Origin: Mobula hypostoma
Lineage: Eukaryota
NCBI RefSeq assembly: GCF_963921235.1
Contig: NC_086097.1
Span: forward strand, 205,346,001-205,410,000
Direction: 5' to 3'
DNA length: 64,000 nucleotides
Positions 14,271-26,200 of this stretch are shown piece after piece (within the stretch, counting starts at the first letter, position 1; each line of letters opens with the position of its first letter). Under the pieces are notes generated by a model that made no database searches, was not told where the DNA came from, and saw only the letters and a list, made by a program, of their open reading frames with translations. Both the position numbers and the translations under genes were made by a program.

Positions 14271-15982
14271 CTTACTGAAGTAAAATAAACTGAACCTAGA
14301 CTTGTAAATGAGGTTCTTAAGGATCAAGTTAATGAGACTTTTTGAGGTCAATTTATCACACATCATGTAAGGCAGAAGGAAGGAGGTGTCCAATGAGATC
14401 CAAATTTCATTTTGTTGTCCCTGTTTTTTAAGGCATTTTGTTTCTTCTTGTCCTATTAAGAATATAATAGAAAGTGTCTTTATTTAGTGAGTCGTCTCAA
14501 ATGACACAGTGAAAATAAATGGAGTGAATGCAGTGCAAAATCCTTTGAATTTGTACTTCATAATTATAATCTGAATCTAACAATACTGGTTTATATACTT
14601 TAATGTGACTTCTATTTAATTCAGTTGGGAACTGAACCTGCTTTGCTAAAGATCCTCAGGGGGAAAAAAGTGGAGGCAAATCCAATGAAAAGATGGGTTT
14701 AGCAAATCCAATGAAAAGACCTTTGCCTCTCTGACCCCACCTAGTAACTATTAAAAGCTAAAATGTCAGTGACTTTACCATTACATATGCATAGCAAATG
14801 AATTGTTTCTGTTAAATTTTAACGAACTCAAACATTTGATTTATTAATCAAAGGAATACACTTGTAAAATTATGTCCCGGAGAAACTTCCAACATTTGTG
14901 TAAATTAGCATGATATTAAGAAGTAATTTATTATAATGAATTTTTCTTCCCTTATTAGAGCCTTTTTGATGTTAAATTTAAAACAAAACTGCTTTTGCAA
15001 CACTTAGTATTCTTCTTGTGCTGAAAATTCTTCAAAATTCTGTTTAGTTTTTCTATTGTTGCTTAAGTAATATCTCAAAGTGAGTTGAAATTATGTTGTG
15101 CAGTGTTAAATAACAAATACATTAATACATATATGTAAAATACCTCTGCCCACAATAGCATTACCCATTAAATATAGATGAGTAAATAGATAAAATGTTG
15201 GGAATATTGAGGAGGTTGGTGGAGAAACAAACAGAGCTAATGGTTCCTGAAACAACTCAAATGCACACCAGTAGGGTGAATATGCAACTGAATTTACCAT
15301 TCCTAATAATGATGAGATCATTGAAATGATTCCTGCATTGGTTCCTGGGACATAAATCTGTGTCCTTGCTGCTGACTTTCAGGGCCACCTCAAACCATAT
15401 CTTCTTAACAGCAAAAATCTTTTCAAAAGTGTGGATGGAAGAGAGGTAATTTCATATAATGTGGGAAGTCAGGAGGTAACTTCAGTAACTCTGTCCAGTG
15501 TTTAAATGTACCTACTCATTAGCAGTTTACAACCATGCTTCTTGTTCATTCAATACCAGGGGCATCATTAATGTCCATATGCCATAACCTCGGCTGCAAT
15601 ATTGAAAAGCTCATGCTGCAGATTCAAGTTAAAGGAATTGGGATTTTTATTGTTACTGTATCAGTATCATTCAATCAGTCCTGATGCACAGAGGAACAAG
15701 TCGGCATCCTGACTCATCATAAAGTGCCGTACAGAAGCAACTCATCAGAGCTGCCACCTTCAAGCAGCCTTTTACATCCTGACAGTTACAACTCCAAATG
15801 CGATGTTGTATTTAGTATTAGTGTAGCAGTGTGCATGGTATTGGTTTTCTGAGGTTATTATATGAACTAAATAGAAAATGAGACAGGATGTTCAAAGACT
15901 GTGCCCAACGTTCTCAACATTGCCCATGATATATGTGCCATGGTTATAATGTGCTAAAGAGCAGCAATGGAAAAATAATATC

Positions 15983-16508
15983 CACTCAGTGGTCACAATG
16001 TAGTTTTGTTTTCTCCTACTGTTGTAGCCCATTGACTTCAAGGGTCAATAATTTGTGTGTTCAGAGATGCTCGTCTTTACGCCACTATTGTAATATGTGA
16101 TTATTTGAGTTACTCTTGCCTTCCTGTCAGCTTGAACTAGTCGTCATTCTTTTCTGACCTCTCTCATCAACAAGGCATTTTCACCCACAGCTCTGCTGCT
16201 CACTGGATGTTTGTCGTTTCTTGTGCCATTCTCTCTAAACTCTAGAGACTGCTGTGTGTGAAAATCCCAGGAGATCAGCAGTTCCTGAGATACTTAAACC
16301 ACCCTATTTGGCACCAACAGTCATTCCATGGTCAAAGTCAATTAGATCACATTTCTTCTCCAATCTGATATTTGGTCTGAAGAACAAATGATCTTCTTCA
16401 CCATGTCTGCATATGTTACGCTTTGAGTTGCTGCAACATGAATGGCTAATTAGATATTTGCATTAATGAGCATGTGAAAAGGATAGCTGATAAAGTGGCC
16501 TCTGAGTG
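15983..16508. mobile_element. Tc1/mariner-type non-autonomous DNA element (MITE)
   Basis: TIRs CACTCAGTGGTCAC ... GTGGCCTCTGAGTG; a further TIR remnant at ~49238-49271. Confidence 0.75.
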
Positions 16509-17897
16509 TTTATGATTTGTATTCTGAATTTTCATTTTTACCATGTTCCGTGATAACCAGTCTGGTTTTGATTAATGACATCTGGTTTTCATTTATTTAC
16601 AACTGCTTTTCAGTTGATAATTTTTGTCCAAGAGTTCCACTTATGGTTCTCTAAACTTGTTAAAGTGAATAATGACAAACAGACTCAGAAATGTACCTCC
16701 AGCCTCTATGTATATCACTGTTAAATCTTGGAATGTTTTTCAACTTAGATCAATATTATGATCCTCAGTGTAACACAAGCAATGAGAGCATCCATCATTG
16801 AGAAAGAAATACATGGTGTGGTGCCAATTTGTAATTTTGATTCATTATCAGAACTGAAGCAGGATCCCCATTCACAGCCTGAGGCAGTGCAGTCTCAGCT
16901 TGAGGTGGGTCGACACCCAGGAGATAGAGGCAAACTCCAGCTTGTAGTGGCTGGAAACTTGGGAGGCAGAGCAGTCTTTGTTTTAGAGTGGGTGGATACG
17001 AGTACAGAAGATGGAGAGCTGCCACCACTTTCATGAGGTTATGCTATACCTCCACAAGACCCAGTAAGGTTCAATTCACAGATGTGGACCAACGAGAGTG
17101 CAGAGGGAGCACAGGCATTAACTCTGAGTGGTAGGCTTGATTCAGCAAGGTCCAGCTTTACTTTGTGGATTATCTTTTACAGAACATTTCTAATGAAAGG
17201 GAATGATGGGGGTGGCATAGGAATGAATGAGTCTTGTCACCATATTTGTTTGCTGTGCCCAAATTGAATTACCATTTGTTGTTGAGACTTTGAGTGGTTT
17301 ATTTCCTCCTGCATTAATTTGCTTAGATTGTAAAATGGCACAACAACCTATTCCTATAGATGTAAAGCCTTCAGTATACAGGGGAATTTTAGTAGGCTAG
17401 TAGTACACAAGCATGTCATGTGACCTGTATAGAACAGAACTGCTCATACTTCTGTTAAGCCTTCTGAAAAACTCTGCTGAGTCAAATGTATTGCAGACTC
17501 CCTGTTTAATCAAAGTAATACTGTGGTAATGTAGCTTGCGGTGACAAATTGAATTTAAAATGTTGAGACATTATAAAGATTGCACAACAATTTTTAAATG
17601 TTGACCACCACATCTGCATATCCAACCCAGAACTGCTTTAAACAAATAATTCATTTCTTGAATGGAGGAAACATAAGATAACAATGAAAAATAGCGTAAT
17701 GAGCCAAGGGATATCCAAATAGACTTTTAGAGGATTCCTTTGATCAATGCTCTTTAGTGTCAATTAACTTAAGATGTTTTACCAGACATTCCACTCAGCA
17801 ATCACCATGTAACATGCATCTGCCAAAGTAATGTTACTGCAATTCTCAATGCTTTATTGTGATTATCCAGCAATGGAATTATAAACACAATAATCAG

Positions 17898-18075
17898 CAG
17901 AAAATGGTGGAACTGCAGCAGATTGGGCAGCATTTGTAGCAAAAGAAACAGGCTTACTCTTTCAGATCCAGGACCTTTCATAAGAACTGAGTTTTAACAG
18001 AGGGTCTTGGACCTGAAATGTGAACTATTTCTCTTCCACAGATGCTGCCCAACGTAGAATTTCCAGCATTTTCTG
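17898..18075. repeat. Old fold-back pair of Penelope-like terminal repeats
   Basis: cagaaaatggtggaa...gggcagcattt mirrored by agatgctgccc...ttccagcattttctg; decayed hammerhead sequence in the centre. Confidence 0.65.
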
Positions 18076-18169
18076 CATTTACAGTATTTTCAATATCTGG
18101 CATCTGAAGTTTTTTGTTTGGTTTTCATAATTGGAAATTGGCACTGATTATGGAACAGAGATTCAAAAA

Positions 18170-18860
18170 ATTCAAAGGTTTGAAGTAATTTTTTTAACAA
18201 AGTACATATATGTCGCCATGTACAACCTTAAGATTCAGTTTCTTGTTGGCATACTCAAGAAATCCATAGAATAATAATCATAACAGAATCAATGAAAGAC
18301 CCCACTAACTAGGGTATTCAACCAGAGAGTAGAAGACAACAAACTGTGCAAATGCAAATAATAATAATAATAATAAAGCTACAAGTATAGAACATGAGAT
18401 AGTGTCCTTAAAAGTGTGCCTGTCGGTTGTGGGAACAATGATGGGGTGAGTGGAATTAGCCCCTTTGGTTCACAAGTCTGATGGTTGAGGGATAGTAACT
18501 TCTCGTGAGACCTGAGGCTCTTGTAACTTCTTCCTGATGGCAGTAGCAAGAAATGAACATGTCCTGGTTGGTGGGGTTCCCTGATGTTCCCTCAATGGTG
18601 GGGATGGCTTTACATGCGATGGACTGGGCCATATCCACTCCTTTTTGCGGGATTTTCTGTTCAAGTGCATAATATTTCCATACCAGCCTGTGATGCACCC
18701 AGGTAATGTGCTCTCCACTACACATCTATTGAAGTTTGCCAAGTGTCCGCAAGCTCCTAAGGAAGTAGAGGCATTGCCATGCTTTCTTCGTAAGTACACT
18801 TGCGTGCTGGGCCCAAGGCAGGTCATCTGAAATAATATCTCTTAGGAATTTAAAGCTGCT
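18170..18860 (-). mobile_element. Rex1/Babar LINE 3' fragment
   Basis: NFNRCVVESTLPGCITGWYGN; SYYPSTIRLVN. Confidence 0.8.
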
Positions 18861-19464
18861 GGAGTTGGGCAACAGCCTGGGTGCAATCCCTGCTCCTTAT
18901 TCCACTCAGGCAGTAAAACTCCTTCAGGCCAGGGGCACTTTGTGGGGCCAAGATCTGCGTGTATTACTAAGACAGTCACCATTATTCAATACAACACTTG
19001 CAGGAAACTGCAGGAGAGGGGAATGAGAAATAAATGTTGAATATTGCTGCTCACTCTGCATATTTCCACAGGGCTGTGTAATTAAAATTTTCTATGATTG
19101 AAAATTTCTGTTAAAACCTTTAACTAAATTGATTAAAGAATAAAATGCATATTGGTTTGCTATGTTAATAAACCAAAGAGCATCATTTAATGTAACATCA
19201 CATATATAAAGAAAGTTTAGTAGTGTTTTAAAAATAAAAGGAGAGATTTCAAACCTTAAAGGTCTAAACTAACAATCTTTTAAAACCATGACAAAATTTA
19301 AAGTAGGCCTTATGTCTCATCAGCTCCCTGCTGCGAAGCTGAGTCAAGATGGATGGATGGATGGGGCTCTCACCCCAGTTCCTTCATAGAGTCATAGCAA
19401 GATCCTGTATGCAAACAGACCTGTCAGCCCATTGAGTCTGCACCAGCTATCAACCATCCATCAC

Positions 19465-19885
19465 AAGGGATAGGGTCGCCCACTGGGGCAAATTGCTTTT
19501 ACGTAGGTGTCACGGGCAGGTGGGGGCCATCAGCCTTGGACAGTAGCTCACCTAGTAGAAGGAAAACTCTGATTTTAGACTTCTGCCGCCTTGCAGCCAT
19601 ACTCACCCATGGGAAAGGCATCGAACGTAAAGCCCGAGGAAGAAATCCGGAGCCGGGCTCCCTAAGACAGTTCAATATTGTTTACAAATTCACTCTGGCA
19701 ACACTGGTGCCAAGCTGTATTGGCATTTGCCCTTCCTTTGGACTACATCAATAATGTGGAGAGGGTGATCCCACTGCATGGGCAACAGCCAATTCTTCAA
19801 ATCTTAGTGCCCAGGCTTGCATCCTGGAGAGGACACAGTCAGCCAGGGACACAAACCCATGAACTCCTGGCATTGACGACTGCTG
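19465..19885 (+). mobile_element. RTE-related non-autonomous element or SINE
   Basis: The 3' half (acactggtgccaagctgtat...) is homologous to the reverse complement of the SINE body at 59420-59605. Confidence 0.5.
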
Positions 19886-20799
19886 TAGTATACTTTTCAT
19901 ACCAATATTTTACTGATGTATGAGTTGCTCCTTTTGTTACAAGAGCCATATGAACTGTAGTCTGCTGCTCCTAATAATCCACTTGTTCGCATGGGGAGGA
20001 TGGTGGCTAGATAGAGTGGTTTCTTTGATGCTGGGTTAACTTGCTTCCACTGTTAGAGTTTACCGTTAATGTGGCTCAAAAGAAATACTGAGAAAAACAT
20101 TTTGTTGCAAAAACACTTCTGGCAAAGAAGAATGGCCATTTCTAATTAATCCACCGATATTATCAGAATTACTAAACTTACTTCCACTTCAAGTACCTGT
20201 CCGCTTTTCTTGAAATCCCAATGGGCATAAGGAAATGACTCCTACAGCCAGCATATCGCTTTTGTAAAGGGTTGGATATTAGGATGCATTCTCAATCCTT
20301 TAAGTAGAAAAACCAATATGATTACATGGAAGATCTGGATTACTGAGAAGCCTTAGTATTGCCCTACTGGGATTAATTCTCAGGCTTCCAGCCGAGTACA
20401 GGTATGGATTTTTACCAGTGTTTCAATGACAAACTCTGCCATCTTCATCTTGATGATGCCTGGGTATGTCATCCGTCTCTTCTGATTGGTTAAGGAAGGA
20501 AGATCAAATCACTGCTTATGTGGGTCAAAGATGACCTGTGAATCAGGACGGCTGGTGTTTACAGGATTCCCTGTGAATGCAGAGCAGCATATATCGGCCA
20601 GACGGTAAGCCGCATAGAAATCCACATCAAGGAGCACAGGAGGCGTATCCATTTGGATTACCCAGAGAAATCGGCAGTAGTAGAACATTGCATTCACAAT
20701 GGCCATAGGATTGAATTTGATGGCACAAAATTACTGTATTGCGCTAATGGCTTTTGGGATCGCCTGGTGTAAGAAGCCATTGAAATAAAACTAGGGGGA

Positions 20800-21788
20800 T
20801 CGGCTATGATTTATAATATTATTATGAAACTTAGGAAAGCTCCATTTGATAAGATTAGGGTAGATTGGGAACAGGAATTGGGGCTTACCATTTCTGTGGA
20901 TGATTGGGGGCAGATTTTACAATTAGTTAATACTTCCTCTATTTGTGCTAAACATTCCCTAATTCAATTTAAAGTGGTTCATAGAGCACATATGTCCAAA
21001 GATAAGTTAGCGCGTTTTTACTCGCATATTAATCCTTTCTGTGATAGATGTTCGGGGCAGATAGCCTCTTTAACTCATATGTTTTGGTCTTGCCCTACTT
21101 TGGAAACTTTTTGGAGAGATATTTTCAATATTATTTCTAAGGTATTAAATATAGATATCTCTCCTCACCCTATTACTGCTATCTTTGGACTACCTAAAAT
21201 TTCTAGTAATCTTTCCCCTTCAGCCCGTAGAATGATTGCATTTCTTACTTTAATGGCGAAAAGATGTATTTTACAACATTGGAAAGAGCTTAATGCTCCA
21301 ACTACCTTTTTTTGGTTTTCTCAGACGATTTTATGTTTGAATTTGGAGAAAATTAGAAGTAACCTTTATGATTCTTCATTTAAATTTGAACAGATTTGGG
21401 GACCTTTTATTCGATATTTTCATTTAATGTAATATTTACCCTTCTTGTTTTTTTTTCACTGTTTTAATGGAGGTCGGGATTGAGGACGTGATTTTAAGTT
21501 TAACTCTGTTTGGTTTCAAGTTAGCCCATTGCTTTGCCTTGCTTTTAGTTAGCTGCACGGTGGGTTTTTTTTTGGGGTTTTTTTTTCTTTTTTTTCCATT
21601 GATATATATAAAATTTAGTATACTATTATGTTACCTTGGTTTCTTATGCTTAAATTACATTGTTTGTAGTATTTTCTTTTTGGTATTGTTATCTTTTGGA
21701 ATTTTATTATACTTTAACATTGTATTAATGTTTATATGGCTTACCTTTTTTGTATACTTACTCAATAAAAAGATTTAAAAAGAAAAAA
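20800..21788 (+). mobile_element. 5'-truncated L1-clade LINE
   Basis: Perfect 18-bp TSD GAAATAAAACTAGGGGGA (20782-20799 and 21789-21806); AATAAA and A-rich tail. Confidence 0.9.
20806..21432 (+). CDS. C-terminus of L1-clade ORF2 (zinc-binding CCHC region); truncated retroelement ORF
   Basis: 208 uninterrupted codons; CDRCSGQIASLTHMFWSC motif. Confidence 0.8.
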   Translation: MIYNIIMKLRKAPFDKIRVDWEQELGLTISVDDWGQILQLVNTSSICAKHSLIQFKVVHRAHMSKDKLARFYSHINPFCDRCSGQIASLTHMFWSCPTLETFWRDIFNIISKVLNIDISPHPITAIFGLPKISSNLSPSARRMIAFLTLMAKRCILQHWKELNAPTTFFWFSQTILCLNLEKIRSNLYDSSFKFEQIWGPFIRYFHLM

Positions 21789-22083
21789 GAAATAAAACTA
21801 GGGGGAAAGGATTTTAACAAAGACAAAGGTCTTTCTCTAAGGCTACGTCCACACTACGTTGGATAATTTTGAAAACAAAGCTTTTTCTCTTCGTTTTGAC
21901 CTTCCGTCCACACTGAACCGGCGTTTTTAGCCCCAGAAAATGAAGATTTTCAGAAACAGTCTCCAGAGTGAATAAATCTGAAAACGCCTGATATCCACTG
22001 CAGTGTGTACGGGGTAACCAGAGCTTTTTAAAACCGCTGCCATGATGTGCTGCAACAGATGGCAGCAGCGCGGCATTTCGTTG

Positions 22084-22174
22084 TTTTATTATTATTATTA
22101 TTATTACTTTATTGTCACCAAACAGTTGATACTAGAGTGTACAATCATCACAGCGATATTTGATTCCGCGCTTC
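22084..22174 (-). mobile_element. Rex1 3'-tail fragment nested in the MITE
   Basis: Near-identical to 26205-26275; (TAA)n tail. Confidence 0.8.
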
Positions 22175-22323
22175 GCAGAACCTAACAATTTCAGAACAGA
22201 CGGCAACGAGACTGAAGTCAGAAGAGTTAGAAATGTACTTACCAAATACTTTGACCCATAGCTTACTGAATAAATAAGTATACTCACTTTGCCCTGTTTT
22301 CTGTCCTTGCTTGTATGAAGGTA

Positions 22324-22399
22324 AGGACAGAAAACACCCTCTGCCACCTCCAGTTCAAATTCCATGCGGAATATTTTGGAGGATCAAGAACCAAGAACC
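22324..22399 (+). mobile_element. Very short 3'-end copy of the PHD-LINE family, nested in the MITE
   Basis: Reverse complement of ~23248-23311; TSD AAGGTA (22318-22323 and 22400-22405). Confidence 0.8.
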
Positions 22400-23031
22400 A
22401 AGGTAGTTTACCTATTTACGCAAGTGCTTCTCTGACAATAGATGTGTAACAGCCTAATGTAACATTGTATGGAAATACAAAATAACACTGATGCAGACAT
22501 TTTTTTTAATACATTTAACAAGGTACTTTATTAATTCAACAGAGTTAGTCAGTTTTTCAATGTTTGTCGTCAGCCGGGTCATACTGTCCATGAACTCCCT
22601 GTCGGTTGCCTCCATACACTACAGTATTTGTTTTTTTTTAGTTTTAAGTCCTCCTGCGCGAGAGCCAAGAGCAATTCCTTTTAACTTTTTCTACTCCGTA
22701 ACTGGACAAATGCGCACCAAGTATATCATTTCCTCTTCGCTTGTTTTCTGTGTGTCCTGCGCGTACCCAGTAGGAGGAGATTCACCCAAATATCCGTCTA
22801 ATGTGGACAAAGATATTTTGAAAAATGCTTAGAGTGGACGCCTGTCATTTTTATTTGAAACCGGCATTTTCAAAATTATCTAGCGTAGTGTAGACGTAGC
22901 CTTAAGAACTGGAATTCAATTGTAAACAATGATGGGACTGCAGAAACCTGTTGGATGAGGACTAACCAATCAGGAGGGACGGGCTATGGAGGTATAAATA
23001 CCACTGGACTAGCCATGCCCAAGCATCATCA

Positions 23032-23069
23032 CTGATGAAGATGGCAGAGTTTATCATTGAAATGTCAGT
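23032..23069 (+). ncRNA. Hammerhead ribozyme-like motif, Penelope family B (degenerate)
   Basis: CTGATGA-A-GATGGCA/GAGTT/TATCATT-GAAAT-GTC. Confidence 0.6.
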
Positions 23070-23250
23070 TAAGATTGTTACCTTTACCCAACTGGAAGCC
23101 TGAGAAGAGTTTATTCGTAAGGTTATTCTGCCTTTCTCCACAGGCACTTCCTGTTTTGATTGATATTGCTAGCAATATTTCCTTTGTGTTTGAGCTACAA
23201 GGTATCTGCAATTTTTTTTGACTTACTCTTCTCCAGGGAGGATGAACTTC
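23033..23250 (+). repeat. ~218 bp direct repeat, copy A (left flank of the PHD-LINE)
   Basis: Aligns end to end with 28739-28957. Confidence 0.95.
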
Positions 23251-26200
23251 TTGGTTCTTGATCCTCCAAAATATTCCGCATGGAATTTAAATTGGAGGTG
23301 GCGGAGAGTGGATTTAAGAAGGAGATTTTTGAAGAAGAAAAGCTGCCTTAAATTTAATTGGGTTTGGTTGTGTGACTGTGGTAGGATGAAGCTTATTCTA
23401 TGCTTTAATTATGCAGGGGAAAAATGAATTGCTGTACACATCTGACTTGGTAGTTAGTATTTCAAATTGAGTTGAGTGTCCTCATCTGCTCCTAATAGGT
23501 TTGGGTTTGATATGGGATTGGTAGTCTATGTTGAGCTGACCTTTTAACATTTTGTAAAAACAGGTCAGGCAGTTTGCTTCACGTCTATCTTGGAGAGAGT
23601 TCCATTTTAGTGAATTTAAAATTTGAGTAACACTTACTTCTCTCTCATAGATATTTGTGACAAATCGGGCTGCCTGTCTTCGGACTCGCTCGATGGAAGT
23701 AGTGGTTTTTGTTTGTGTATGGGTCCCATGCAGCAACTGCATATCCCAAATGTGGCCTAACAATGGTGAGGTACATCTTCTCCTTAACTGAAGCTGAACA
23801 ATGATGAAAATTGTGTCTCAAAAAATTTAGGACTCCTGTTGCATTCACTGTTGCGTGATGCGTCTGACTATTCCAGCGTAGATCATTCTGGATTTTGATA
23901 CCAAGATACTTAATATGTTTGGTTTCTTCAAAGGTGAGACCTAGGATTTTATATGATGTTTTACCTGGTTTTCTCTTCCTGGTGACACGCATGGTTTCAC
24001 ATTTGGAAGGATTGAACTGCATGCCCTATTGTTGAGACCACTTAACCGTACTATCAAGATCTTTTTGGAGAGCATCTTCATCATCGGCAGACTTAATTGG
24101 CCGGTATATCAAACAATCATCAGCAAAAAGTCTGGTGGTGCTTGTGACTTTTTTTGTGGATGTCATTAATGTAAAGTAAAAACAAATGTGGGCCCAACAC
24201 TACCCTGGGATGTACCACTTAACACTGGTCGCCATTTAGAACTTTTTCCATTCACGCACACACGTTGAAGATGTTTTGTCAAGAAACTGGAAATCCATCT
24301 TTTAATATTGGAGCAAACACCATAGAAGTCAAGCTTCCTAAGTAATCTTTGGTGGGGAATAACATCAAATGCTTTGGAGAAGTTGAACACTACTAAATCA
24401 TTGATGACATTGTTATCAAAATTCTTGGCCGGGTCATTTATTGTCAGGATAAGCTGAGACTTGCATGATGTATGCTTCCTAAAATTATACTGGTTGTCAG
24501 CAAGAATATTGTGTCTGCCAAGGTACCTAATCAGACTGCTGTCAATTATGTGATCCAAGAGTTTACAGCAAGTGCTTGTAAAAGAAATAGGACGATAATT
24601 TGCTTCGTAGGTGGTTGGACCCTTCATAAAGAGAGGAGTGATGTTTGTCTTTCTCCAATCCAGGGGAAGATCACCTGATTCGAGCGACTGCTGGAAGATG
24701 AAATGCAGAACAGGCTCTAGTTCTTCAGCTGCGATAATAAGGGCTTGGTTCTGAATCCGGTCTGGCCCAATAGCTTTTGACGTATTGATGTTGGGCAGTA
24801 ACTTTTTGACACCTTCAACCTCAATTTCGATAGAAGGCCTATCAGTATACGGCTGGGCGGTAGATCATGAAAAGATGAAGGTTCCGTATCTTCCCGGGTA
24901 AAAACATTTTGAAATTGGTTTGCAAGAGCTTTTACTTTCTCCTGGTCCTCAGTGATCAGACAGTTGTTCACCTTTAGCATCTGGACACCAGTGTTGTCTG
25001 TCTGTCTGGATTTCACATATCTCCAAAAATCCTTAGGATGCTCTCCCTCAGGAATTAAAGAAGTACGTTGTTTATGAGCACTCCTAATGGTACGGTCGAT
25101 TTGTTTTCGCACTCTGGTGAATTTGTCGCAATCCAGTCTTGTACCACATTTTTGGCATGGATGTAAAATTTCTCTTTCTTACTACAGCGATGTTTTAATT
25201 TCGCTGAAAACCAAGGAGAACGCATACGGCCCTTAATAAATTTATGAGGAACATGATTCGTAACAATATACTTTAGTGAGTCTCTCAGTCACATGCAGTT
25301 GTCTTCGACAGATCTTTTGTCTGGTTGTAAGTTAAAGAAGTCTCTTGCAAGTTGTTTTGCTAAGTCTGTGGATTCCTCACTTCTTCCAAAGCATTTCTTT
25401 CTCCAAAGCGGAATTTTACGAGGTGATTTAGGGGGAACTTTAATCTTTGTGTGCAGTTTTGCTTGAATAATAAAATGATCACTGATTCCAGCACTGGGTG
25501 AAACCTCCAAAGTTAAATCTGGGTGCGAAGTCAGCAATAAATCTAAGGTGTTATTAGCGCCACCTGTATCATCATGTCTGGTAGGAATAGTGACTTTCTA
25601 AGACAGACTGTTTTTCAGAATCAAATCAGCCAGGGCTTCCTGAAGAGCACCTTTTGGTTCACTTTGTGTGCCATCAGTCCAATCTACACCTGGGACATTA
25701 AAATCACCCCCCAGGATAATAAACAGAGAGCGCGACAAAGCGTTTATTTTGGAAATGCTTGATTCAAGGTCTAAAAGAGGCCCGGACTTAGCATCAGGTG
25801 GACGGTAATAACTCCCCATCTGCACCATTTGTCCCTGAAGTGTAGCTTGACATCAAATTTGCTCAGAGTCACTGCCTAAGTCAGTTCTTTCAAAACACGG
25901 AATAGTATTGTTCATACCAATAAAAACACCACCTCCTTGAGAGTTTCTGTCCTTTCTAAAAATTTGAAAATGAGGAGGGAATATCTCAGCAGATTTAATT
26001 GAAGGATCAAGACAAGATTCAGTCCCGACTAAAATGTCAAGATTTTCGGTTTCAATAAATGAATTAATCACAGCCAATTTTCCTTTTATACTGCGGTAAT
26101 TAATGACAGCAATTTTAATCCCATTACTTTTACTAATATCCTTGTGAGCACTGTCTTTTTTAGTATTTCGAGTTTTATTGTGAGCATTGTATTGATTTAT

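Larger units (their letters stand above)
21841..22901. mobile_element. PIF/Harbinger-type MITE
   Basis: TIRs GGCTACGTCCACACTACG..GATAATTTTGAAAA and the reverse complement at ~22866-22901; flanked by TAA and TTA. Confidence 0.8.
20370..23116 (+). mobile_element. Penelope-like element, family B: inverted terminal repeat, GIY-YIG fragment and terminal repeat; hosts nested inserts
   Basis: ~20500-20790 encodes AGVYRIPCECRAAYIGQT...KEH...SAVVEH (with stops); 20375-20490 is the reverse complement of part of 22960-23115. Confidence 0.85.

Noticed and set aside
14676..14719. 18-bp direct repeat GCAAATCCAATGAAAAGA
   Set aside because: Only two units; a simple local duplication, not an array or CRISPR
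21467..21778. Hydrophobic 103-aa ORF resembling a membrane protein
   Set aside because: T-rich L1 3' UTR
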